DNA of 64,000 nucleotides from Trichoplax adhaerens (taxonomy: Eukaryota; Animalia; Placozoa): assembly GCF_000150275.1 (NCBI RefSeq), contig NW_002060956.1:711379-775378 (forward strand), in the 5' to 3' direction. Position numbers and translations under genes: made by a program. Below are positions 1 through 11,375 of this stretch, one piece after another. How positions within the stretch are numbered: the first letter of the stretch is position 1; each line of letters opens with the position of its first letter. The notes beneath the pieces were generated by a model that was given only the letters and a program-made list of their open reading frames with translations, did not search any database and was not told the DNA's origin.

Positions 1-83
1 TGAGTTTAATTTAAGTATATTACTGTAAAATGCCATTACAGCATTTATAGTCAGGGAAATAAATTTGCTATTTTAATCATCAG

Positions 84-1177
84 CTATCGCTTGCGAGCAG
101 AATTCGAAGACAATAAAGCAGTAAGAAGGAATAAAAAAAGATTATATGAAACACAGGTTACAAGGTAGCAACTAAATCAAAACTCTATAGATTACAACTT
201 ACCTAATACATGCAGTTAAAAAGTTAGTTAATCACTCTTGATTGATTATGATTTAAACATAAGGATTCAACGGGCTTGGAGAGGATTCAAACGTCGACAA
301 AGTCAGGCGTCGCTTGCTGATGAAGAAGTCAATCAAGAAGAGAAACCTATTGAAGATGATAAGAACGAAAACTCAAATATGCCATCTAAAATAGCTGAGC
401 TAGTTGCTGAAGACGTTAGTGATTATAGTGTTACTACAAATATAGAAGAACAAGTCTTTAACGGAGGTCAACCAAAATCAGAGATGGACGTGATAGCGAT
501 ATTATTATCAGAGATAATTAATAAAGCGATAGATAACGAAACAGAAAGCCAAACCGAATCTCACACAATTTCGCGAGATCATCACTCAAAAATTAATGAG
601 CACAAAGCAGTTTTTGACGACGATAAGTTAGATATTTCTTCTGATGAAAAAATACAATTGAATGCTACTCCATTACCCAATGACAGTAATTTATCTAATA
701 AGGATATTCAGTCTGAGGCAGGTTAGTTATATTATACCTAATGTGATCATTTTAGTAAACTGTTATACATAACCATAGGTATTTTTAACACTTGTAATAA
801 ATCGTATTGTTTTTTTCATGCTGCAATTACTGCACTGTGTATTTATATTTGCAAGGATTGAATATCGAAAGTATCCAAAAGTCCTTCGGTGATGGCTACA
901 AGCCATTACTCAATTATTCTAACGATGATTTGAGTGAGAAAAAAGTGAAACTAGAAAATTTGATCCAAGGTTGTTCTTTCAGTCTGATATTACTTTATAT
1001 AATTTTTTAATTATGCTTGTGAATGCAATAATTTCGTAGCTAGGATAGCTAACTATAATTATTTACGTTAATTTTGCAGATACGTCCAAAAGCCTAATCC
1101 TACTTCTAGTAGAGCAGGATGAACTGAAATCGGCTAATGTTGCATTAACTACTCACGTTGAAGAGTTAACTCGGTAA
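84..1177 (+). CDS. 3' part of a spliced gene with an IQ motif, an acidic linker and a C-terminal SCHIP1/FEZ-like coiled coil (IQCJ-SCHIP1-like architecture); 5' end lies outside the window
   Basis: Exons ~84-164, 264-721, 856-969 and 1080-1177 join in frame through GT-AG introns. They give ...ETQVTRIQRAWRGFKRR (IQ motif) and end LLNYSNDDLSEKKVKLENLIQDTSKSLILLLVEQDELKSANVALTTHVEELTR*, which aligns without gaps to my recollection of the SCHIP1 C-terminus. Confidence 0.6.
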
Positions 1178-2445
1178 TAACAAATCTCATACGAAAATGA
1201 ATAAAAATCAGTTAAAATGCAATTTTAGGATCCGTTTGTCTTTAAATTTTTGATTATGAACGCTCGTAGTGGAGAATAAATCATTGAACGAACGCTTCTT
1301 TTACTTGATTATTTACAGAGTTGTACAAAAGCGAAACTAAAGTTGAAGAAAGACATATTTTTAAGATCTTGAGAAGGAAGTTGGTATAATGACAATTTGG
1401 ATTGTTTCTTGCTTTAGAAATTCGTATTTGCGATGCTGATTCATCATGCATGCTTTCATTAATAAATCAGTGATTAATAGATATAATCAGAACTGATAAC
1501 AATGTTATGTTATACATTGCAATGTAAAGACATTATCCAAAAATTTAGGCTCAAAAATGACTACTATAACAGGATCATAATGTTTATTTGTCAGTCTGTA
1601 TACAAGGTACAGAAAAGTACGGTACAATTTTTGCATTTCTTTAATTAGCAGTAAGTTAACTTTCCTAACATTTCGTTGCCTTTTAAAACAAAAAATCGTA
1701 AATCCTATTTATTTTTTATTCCTACGCAATTTGATGTAATAATTTTAGTATTGGCATTCGATAATGTATTTTTCATTGACTCTTGATTTTTCTGACGAAA
1801 ATTTAAGTTAAAAGTTCAACCCATTACAGTGCGATAGATGGGTATCAACGCTTACTTGTCGCTTACACATTCTACAAAATTAGACATTCAGATTCACCAT
1901 TAAAGATTTTAAGATGTAAATGTCAACGTAGTACGGTCTTCGCTTAAAATAATGATTAGCATCATACACATCTTCTAGCGCCAAGATAGCGTGTTATAAC
2001 AAAATTTCAAACAGTTTAAAAAGAATACACAGTTAAGTATATAGATCTATTAGAGAGCGAAAATCTGACAAGAATTAAAAATGACCGATTAACGGTCACA
2101 GCTTTAAAATCAATCTGTAAAAATTCAAGTAAACAGCATATTCCTTAGAATCACAGACAGACTTGAGATATAATATGATCAATTAATACCAGCATGCCTC
2201 AGCTGATAATGAGCTTGCCATGTATCGCCTAAGTGGATTCTCTTATAACGTTAAACACGTCTTATCTATATAATTAGAATTGTAAACTTACATTCAAAAA
2301 TATAACAGTAGACAAATAAAAATCGTCTTGCCTAAAGTTTCACTCCCAAGATTATTCCTTAGTTAATCTTGATTAATTTTAAGACTACTTTACGTGTATA
2401 ATTTGGAACGAAAATTCATTATGATACATTACTGATAAAGGAAAT

Positions 2446-5400
2446 TTACTGACTCGATCCTAAGTGATCCGGTACCTAATAATTGGAAGAGTAAGATTTT
2501 ATGTATAATGAATATTTTTGAGCTATAAAATAAATGTACAAGGTAGAAGAATTTCTCACCTCCGATCCTACACGAGCAGTAAATCTGTTTCTAACGTCAG
2601 AATCATAGCCCTGCTTGAAATCAACTTCGCTAGGATGGACTAATTGCGGATCGTTAATTGACGTAGACGCTTTTCTAGAAGATAAAAGATAGGACCTCAT
2701 ATAAGAGAAGAGTCACAATAAACATTGAAAAATTGATGTGAAGATTAATGTGACCGAATGCAAATCTTTCGAAAGACTCTTCTATTAAGTACATTTAAAG
2801 TAGACACTTACAAATTTTCTGCTTCAGCTAGCATATTGCGTTTTTTCGCACTATAATTCAGCGTGCCACCTATCATTATGGTATTATTGACTTAGGATTA
2901 CATTTTCTCAAATACCTATGTGTAGTATTCTTTACTACTAACCTCTTGCAGCATCAACAAGGTACAATGCTACAGCAGCAATAAGTGCAACTAATAGCAA
3001 AAAGGAAAGTGGTTACACTTGAAAATTTTCATATCGAAACTTAATTCCCTTTATGTTAGTTATATCACCGATGAGTTATATAGTAACTTACTGCTTAAAC
3101 AGCCTCCGAAAAAAACTTCTAAGAACAGATAGCCTTTCGAATCGACAATATCCCCAGCAACTATAGCAACAACGGCCAATCCAAGATTTTGTATAGCTTG
3201 CATGCTATCAGGAGAAATTTTATTTTTATCAATGTACAAATGCAACAAGAAATTAAATATAGATTCAGAGTACGATTTAAGATTATTACATGTTAGAACC
3301 TACATTCCGTAAGCAGTTCCTAACTGATGCTCTGGTATAACATATGCTACCATGGGCCATAATGCACAAGCAAGTAAAGAATAAGCTAAGCCCATGGTAA
3401 CCATAGCAATATAAGGATTTAAGAATGTAAAAGCCATCAGCATGTGGCTCCCAAGAGTTGCAACAACGCCCAAGATAACTGCGATTTAATGATTAAATTA
3501 ACAACCAGATTAGAATTAAATAAAGGAAATTTCAATCTATTATTTATGTTTGATTTTCTTCGGATTCATCTTTACCCCAATATAAATTGCGACCCACTTT
3601 ATCCACAAGAATACCAAAAATGGGGGACATAAATGCTGATAGGAGGTACACAATACTATCGCGGTAGAATATTACGATTATAATATTAATATCAATTTGG
3701 TTATGAAAAGGTACTCTTATTCTTATTATGTACCTGTTTACCGCACTTGCAGCAGCGGGGTCTAGGCCAAATCTTTCTTCAAAAAATACTCTTTAACAAT
3801 CAAAGTATGGAGAAAATTATAAAAATCTTTTAAGTATTGATAATCATTACCGAGAAATTACGCAGTTGAATAATTATAATTCACCATCAGTTTATATACG
3901 CAATAACTTACAATCCTAAGCTTATGAAAGGAAATACTGTTACGTAGTACGCGACACAAATAATAAACATAAGCCATATCTGTAAAGAGAAATCTTTTAC
4001 ATCCAGAAGACTGACTTTTTCTCCTGAAAAAAGACCAATCCAATAGTATATGATTACTTGATGTTAATAACAAAAGGTAAATTTTCTGAAAGTTGTTATA
4101 CCAACCAGTCTTTTCATCATCTTTTCCAAGTAGTCTATTTGCTCTCTTGTCGTAATAAGCCAGAAGGACAGCACAAAATAGTGACAATATGCAAAAAGCG
4201 CATCCTAGAGAGTAAAAATATAAGGTTGTTGCTTATCATTCGTAAGCTGTGAGTAGTGACACTAGCGGTGAGCCATAGAGTTGAAGTAATTTATTGGCTC
4301 ATAAAAAAGGCAGTTAAGTCTGCTACGTACCAAACCATAATGTAGCACCTAAACATTGGTAACCCGATAAGTAATTGTTCAACCAACGATAAATTGGTCC
4401 CATGATGTTTATATTGACCGTACTACCCTATATTGCAGCATTAACATATAATTGTAAAATAAATTCAATTTTTATGTAACTAAGGAAAGTATCCTGATAA
4501 TTTCTACAAAATTGAATAAAGTTATTACCACTCGAGAGAAACTGAGCTGCAAACCAAAAACCATATTTAACTCTTTGCCTTTAAACCAACTAACTGCATA
4601 GGTATTTTGGCCCACTGCTAAGGATTCTCCACCAATTCTAGATTACGGAAAAAAAATTTAATCTGCTTAAGATCTCGATCGTTACTTGTGATTCACTTGG
4701 TAGCTAACATTGTCTATACATTTTGAAATAATTTCCGATAGTACAATTTAAGACTTATGGTGATGCAGTGCGTTTTTTGTTTTATAAATTTTAAAATTAC
4801 TGTTAGAATAAAAATGTCAATATATAGTTTCCTATTAATGGGAGCAAAATTTCGTGCAGCGACAGAATATAGGTACTGAATGACCTATTTACCGAAAATT
4901 GAGGTCGTTTACAGCAAAGTCTTACCCAAATACAAATCTTCCAACACACATTAGCCAATATTTATCCAGTTGAGCACCTATAGCAAATATGATCTGTACA
5001 GATACATGATATAGATAAAATACATGATGTTAATTCTTTTAAATCATGAAACTGGAATGATTAAATTATATTATTAGAGTATACATTTATGACTGTCTTG
5101 GTCGTCTATGCATTTTTAAGTAATCTATCAGAAATGATGATATGTAAGCTAAAGGCAATTAACAATGTTAACGTACTTGACCAACTAATACGAAAAGGGC
5201 GAATACAATGGTTCCAAACCTACAATAAGATAGGACATTTTCATACTTAAATGCAAGATCAGTGACAGCCAAGATATATAAATTAAATTACAGTAGTATC
5301 AAATCATTCCAAAACTACTTAACAGTACTATTACTGATTTAGTTAATTGGAATATTTGGGAAGATTATTGCAGCTATTTTACAAGATATAAGCTAATGCT

Positions 5401-6740
5401 GGTCTACGCGTATTAATCGATAGTAAATGAGAATGTAGGCTTAAGCTATTATCATTCTATTATTTTTTCGATTTTCTAGTTATATACTGTATGATATAGT
5501 GATTACATATTACTAAAAAGGATTAATCACATTCTGTTGCTACTAAGCGGATATTATAGATATAATAACCTCAGTCCTAAAAAGGTATCGAGTAAGTAAC
5601 CACCAAAGAAGCAAAGAACAACATTAGGCCATGAATATAAAGAATATAAAAGTTCATAGTTGGCAGCATTAACCCGCATATCCTATCCATATAAATTATT
5701 TGAAATGAGAATACAGGCAATTTGTGTTAGTTCAACGCTTACCGCAAGCGTGTTCGATTATAGAATTTAAGAAAAAGTTTCCATACCGTTTCAATTTGCT
5801 TCTCTAATGCAGCAGGATTATCGTAGACGAAGTAGCTGCCTGTTATTATGGGAGAAAGTTGATATTATTATTTAATAAGTCACTTTATTTTTATCATTTA
5901 CTCCATGCGGCAATCGATTAGATACGTAGATGTAATGCAAAACGCTATATGCAATCTACACTCCACCGTAGTCTCTATCCATTACACTAAAGGCTAATTG
6001 ATTGCGATTTACCTAATAGTATTCTTAATGATTAGTCTATCTTGGTGTGATGAATATTATTACTGTATACTGTAATTTGGCATGCTATAAGGTACCTCTG
6101 TTAATACTGTACCTTTCTTATAGGCGGTACAATAATGTGTGCATTAAATTACAATATTATGCAGGACTCTCTAGTGGTTGACTGTCGCCTCAGCGACTAA
6201 AGACGTAACATTCTTTTCTTTCCTTGAATACTAATAGTCAAGATTGACTGGATCTGTATTCTTCGATCAATCTAACGCTATGACTGATAGTAAGTAATAA
6301 TACGATCAGAATGAGACAATGTTTGTACTTGTCACGAGGCGACGGCGACATGCTTCCATAATGATTGGACTATCTCGTTACTACTAAGCACATCGATTGT
6401 AATGTACGTACTATATGTATAAGTTTAAAATGTTTTTATGATAATCCTTTTACGATTATACGAACCAACATTTCTCCCACAGTATACACTATGCTCCATT
6501 TCGTATCATTGGTATATCGATATAGTAGTATACATAGAGTACGATTTTGCTAGAATCGGTAGATATCTTACCGAAACTTAGAAAGCACATTAAAATTAAA
6601 ACCAAATAACGATGTAATGCACGTCGAGGATCGCAAGCCATGGTGGCCCCACAACCCGTCAATTCCTCAGTTAATGGTTGCTCATCGGTGGTAGTATTGC
6701 CTTGAGTTTGTATCAATGGAGTATTCTCATCGATAGCCAT
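2446..6740 (-). CDS. MFSD1: Lysosomal major facilitator superfamily transporter MFSD1 (multi-exon)
   Basis: Spliced translation gives CDPRRALHRYLVLILMCFLSFGSYFVYDNPAALE, LLYSLYSWPNVVLCFFGGYLLD, GRFVFGIGGESLAVAQNTYAVSWFKGKELNMVFGLQLSFSRVGS and ALWPMVAYVIPEHQLGTAYG, all typical of MFSD1. There is an N-terminal acidic dileucine-type signal (DENTPLI). Exon 1 is 6740-6572; the last exon (2475-2446, VPDHLGSSQ*) is tentative. Confidence 0.93.
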
Positions 6741-7104
6741 GATGAGAATGAGTATGAATTAATTGCAATGGAAAGACAGAGTGATTTAATGAATTATAAA
6801 TATCAATGCAAGGAGAAGATGGCCACAAAGTGATTTTGACCGCAATGATAGACTAGTCGAGTCGACGTTTTGCTTTCATCCATACAGGACCACAGCCTCA
6901 TCTACAGTGCACTACTGTACAGTGTACAGTAGATTCGTGACGAATGAGCTGATGGTACTGTACACTGTACTGTATGACTAGTGTCAATTTTTAGCGATAC
7001 TGTCCAAAGCCAAGGACGGTATTCAGTTGATACAATCACTTGTATAGCGTAGTAATGTTTACGTAGGTCGAGAAGTATGGTAGACAAAGCCGTGTGAAGC
7101 CGGG

Positions 7105-7114
7105 GTCACATGAC
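7105..7114. promoter_or_regulatory. CLEAR/M-box-like element GTCACATGAC (MiT/TFE-type E-box)
   Basis: 9/10 match to the CLEAR consensus GTCACGTGAC, ~365 bp upstream of the MFSD1 ATG in a GC-richer divergent promoter region. Confidence 0.5.
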
Positions 7115-7444
7115 GCTCACCAGGCTGTCGCATCACTTGCATAGGCTACAGTAGCAGTAGTGTATCATGGACTTCGAACCAGGGGACTTTATCCGCTAGT
7201 AGGACATTGCTAGTGAACGATGGTTTCTAGTCCTTCTTTCGTTGGCTAAATTAGCGATTCTACTGTAGGTCTGGCAGACATTAGCCATCGCTATCACAGA
7301 ACCATTCTATTCATAATATCTTTTACGGTAATGGTAACCCTCGCCCTGGTACCTTTTCGTTAGTACCTCTTTTACTTTGCACCTGGCGTTTCCTAGTCGT
7401 TACGCAATTTTACTGTCTACAGTATAAACTAGTAAAGGAAACTT

Positions 7445-7863
7445 GCAGCATCAACGACCAAATGCAGTCCTGTATATCTGTCCAGTAGTCCATGCTTAGA
7501 GTGCCATGTCTAGTCGTCCACTTGTCCATCGGGAGAATGTTGAGTGAGCACTGAGCAGCATCAACGACCAAATGCAGTCCTGTATATCTGTCCAGTAGTC
7601 CATGCTTAGAGTGCCATGTCTAGTCGTCCACTTGTCCATCGGAAGAATGTTGAGTGAACAGCATCAACGACCAAATGCAGTCCTGTATATCTGTCCAGTA
7701 GTCCATGCCTAGAATGCCATGTCTAGTCGTCCACTTGTCCATCGGAAGAATGTTGAGTGAGCAGCATCAACAACCAAATCCAGTCCTGTATATCTGTCCA
7801 GTAGTCCATGCTTAGAGTGCCGTGTCTAGTCGTCCACTTGTCCATCGGGAGAATGTTGAGCGA
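7445..7863. repeat. Minisatellite, 4 x ~103 bp
   Basis: The unit GCAGCATCAACGACCAAATGCAGTCC...GAATGTTGAGTGA starts at 7445, 7555 (after a 7-bp insert), 7658 and 7761, with few substitutions. Confidence 0.97.
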
Positions 7864-8227
7864 GCCCCCCTCCCCCCTCCCCCTGTGTAGTACTAAAACA
7901 AATGGACGCGTTTGACTGTATACTGTACACTACAGTAAAACACTTGTATAAGACCAGCGACTACTAGAAGTCCATCATGTACTGTGCAGCAAAATTGATT
8001 GCCAGCCATGCTAAAGTAAACAACTTAATCATTTGATCATAGCTAGAAACTATGGCAATATCGATCCAACAGCAAGATGTAATGGTTATGAAAAGTGATG
8101 ATTAAACTACAACATACGCACGTATACGAGTAGAATACTGGAAGACTATCCAAAAAAAAAAAGAGCTTATTGATCAATACCGGTTTCCCTTTAGTCGTAA
8201 AATTACACATCAACTAGGCTGGAAAGG

Positions 8228-9904
8228 ATGATTCAATCATGGGTTAAAGTCACTATAACATTATGCCTTTATGGCTTCTTTAAAGAGATGAAACCATCTG
8301 AGCCGTTTTTAACACCTTTTCTCAAAGGGTTGAGTAATAATTTAACTGAGAATGACTTAGAGCAAATTTATCCTGTTTGGACATACAGTTATCTAGGCAT
8401 GTTAGCCATCGCTCTGTTAGTCACCGATTTAGCTCGTTATAAACCGATTATTATCATTGAGGCGTTAGCTTACTTGGCTACTCGTATCATTTTGTTAGCT
8501 GGCCATAGTGTGCCTATAATGCAACTAATGCAGTTTGCTTATGGCATAGCGACCGCAACTGAAATTGCATACTATGCTTATATATATGCTGCAGTCTCAT
8601 CGCAACATTATCAAAAAGTAACCAGTTATACACGCATGGCTGTATTATGTGGTAGATCATCGGCAGGTTTTATTGGCCAACTATTAGTATCATTGCATGT
8701 AGCCAATCTTTACGCTCTCAATGTTATTGCTACCTGTAGCGTTTGTATTGCACTGGTATTAGCTGTATTACTTCCAAAGATTCATCCTAATGATTTGCAA
8801 TCAAACCAAGATCCACCCCTAATGGTATCCATTAATAATCGTGCCCTAGAAACTGAGAGTCGACATGATAATAGTCATCAACAACATCAAGATTCCAAAG
8901 TAGACAATCGTGTTAATACGGCGATGTTTTCACAAAGTAAGCCGCAAGATACTGACAACAACACTACTTCTTTAATCAAGGATAATAATGAAGATGAAAA
9001 CATACCTAGAGGATGGAAGCAGCAAATAACCCATTTTACTTGCACCTTGACCAATCAAATTGCCTATATCTACTCCAATCATTGCATATTGCGATGGTCT
9101 CTTTGGTGGGCATTAGCTACATGTGGTGAATTACTTGTAGGCAACTATGTAGAAAATTTATGGGACGTTATCTATCCCGCCCGCTATCATAATGAAGATG
9201 TCTATAATGGCCTAGTTTTGGCTGTTGCAACCTTGTTGGGAGCTGGTGCTGCACTAGCTTTAGCATATGTAAAATTTGATTGGGGCTTTTTCGGTGAGCT
9301 AACGGCTGGTATTGTATCTGCCATCGATGGCGTTTTACTATTAATTATGGCATTAACCAATCAAATTTGGCTATGCTATGGCTGCTATGTCATATTTCGT
9401 ACCTCGTATGCCTTATTAATTACGATCGCAAGGTAATTAAATTGATCTACATCTACTTTCTGCTTACCCTCAGCTATAAAGTTCAATAGCATACTAATGA
9501 CTAATTTAATTTATACTGTATTGAACTAATTGCATGATATCTGAAACATAATTAATTTTGATTCCATTATCTGATCTTCTTTTAGTCTACAGATTGTGAA
9601 CGAAATTAAAAGAAATTGCTATGGATTAGTCTTTGGTATAAATATGTTCCTAGCATTGAGTCTTCAAACTATACTCCAAGCGGTCATACAAGGTTACAAA
9701 GTACATGTCGTTCATCAATTTTATACGTATTCTGCCTACTTTGGTCTTCTTGGATTAGCGTTTACTGCTGTTGGAGCTTACAAAATTGGTAAGTTAGGAT
9801 GGAGAAAAAGCTGGCAATTCTCAAAGCTAAAGTATATTCAACGAGCGTCTGGCAATGAATCTGTTTCAACAATTGATAATAATAACGATATTGACAGAGT
9901 TTAA
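8228..9904 (+). CDS. SLC19A family thiamine transporter / reduced folate carrier; 2 exons (8228-9432, 9586-9904)
   Basis: Motifs LCLYGFFKEMKPSEPFLTP, YPVWTYSY, TDLARYKP, YGIATATEIAYYAYIY, RWSLWWALAT and YNGLV. The phase-2 GT-AG intron joins TIAS-LQIVNEIKRNCYGLVFGIN, the conserved TM11 region. Closer to SLC19A2/3, but orthology cannot be assigned here. Confidence 0.93.
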
Positions 9905-10909
9905 CAAAAATTTTTTTCTGTATTCATTTTATCAAAACTCATAAGCAACACTTTGCTAAATAACTACGCGTCCACATGAAATAAATGTAAAATACAAATT
10001 TTGTATATTAGTGTTATTAATAAAGTACGGTAAAAAGGTTATATTATCGCATTGATTAGCATGAATTCAGTTGTAACACATTTACTGCTTTAGTTATGTA
10101 TCTTGAAATCATTTAGTTAAACTTCAATTTTCATAAACTATCAATTTATTAGGAATATTTAGTTATTGAACTGGCTGTCTTTATGATCATAGGCCTAGCG
10201 TACTATAATTTAATGATACAGTTTCATATGTACCCATATATACTCGTATATAGGTTGAAATACGTTAACTGATTATATTTCATGTAATTAAATATTTTCG
10301 AGCTTTTTTTCGCTGATTTAGCAAGGGCAAACATGATTTTAATAATCTAAATTATCTTACACGATCACTGTGCGTTAAACACATTGTAGTTTAACATTGA
10401 AGATTTTATTTTTAGAATAAAGTCAAAGGATAAATATATCAGTGTGCTACGTTTGCAAATATTAAACTATGAAAGAATAGCTAAAAGTAATAATATTTCG
10501 CCACACATTCAATTTTTTTACAATTTTTGGCATATTTTTAACTATTTTAATGCTGTATAGAAAAATTTACTCAAATTTCAAATATATGTAAAATTGTTTA
10601 TTCAATTGCTTTAACTCGATTAATTTTAAACAATAGCATAATAAAGCTATGATTGTTTTTGTTACAAAATTAGTGATGCTAATACAATTTCTATATTATA
10701 AGCTAAATGCAAAGTTTAACCCATTTTGTTACGACTATGATAGTATGTCCACTTAAGCATAAGATTTGCACTACATAAGTCTATTCTGTTACAGAATAGA
10801 AGAGTTTCGAAAACGTAACAGCAATACAAATTGAAATTAGTCTATTCTATAATCTTATTTTCAAGGCATAATACAATGTATAATACTGAAAGTCTAGTCT
10901 GTAATAGAA

Positions 10910-11150
10910 GGACACTAAAATAAAATTTATCACCATACTAATATAATCATTACCTATAACATTGAGAGCACCAACAAAATGATAAAAACTAACATTACTT
11001 TTTGTTATGCATTCTTAATCGACATTGACACATATTTACTACCGTTTGACAGAATATAAGAACTAAAATTTATCACCTTACTAACGTAATTATTATTTAA
11101 GACATTGTAAGCATCAGCAGGATAATAAAGACAAACACTAGTTTGTGTTA
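10910..11150. repeat. Old, diverged direct duplication (~143-bp period, ~2 copies)
   Basis: TAAAATTTATCACC at 10921 and 11064, each followed by a similar sequence (ACATTG..AGCA.CA.CA..AT.ATAAA.AC.AACA.TA..TT.TGTTAT). Confidence 0.6.
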
Positions 11151-11375
11151 TTCTTTTTTAAAAGAGTTTAAAAGAATGCTAAGCAACATTATTTCTATGG
11201 TTGCGATTTTAATTAAGCTGCAATATTTTAGTGAAGTAGGGCAACGAGATACTAAAAAATTGCGATTGTAGCATCTATCGAGATTGGAATACCCGTATAT
11301 GATTACGTATACTATCGTTCAAATTAAAGCTTAGTTATTTTGTCGTATACCGCTTCAACCACGCTTTAGATACGC

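Noticed and set aside
7160-7230. tRNA-like T-arm/B-box on the - strand (GTCCCCTGGTTCGAAGTCCA)
   Set aside because: No acceptor stem, D-arm or anticodon arm can be folded; at most a SINE-like remnant.
7445-7863. CRISPR-like interpretation of the tandem arrays (also 52356-53160 and 63526-64000)
   Set aside because: Units repeat over their whole length with no unique spacers, there are no cas genes, and the context is eukaryotic.
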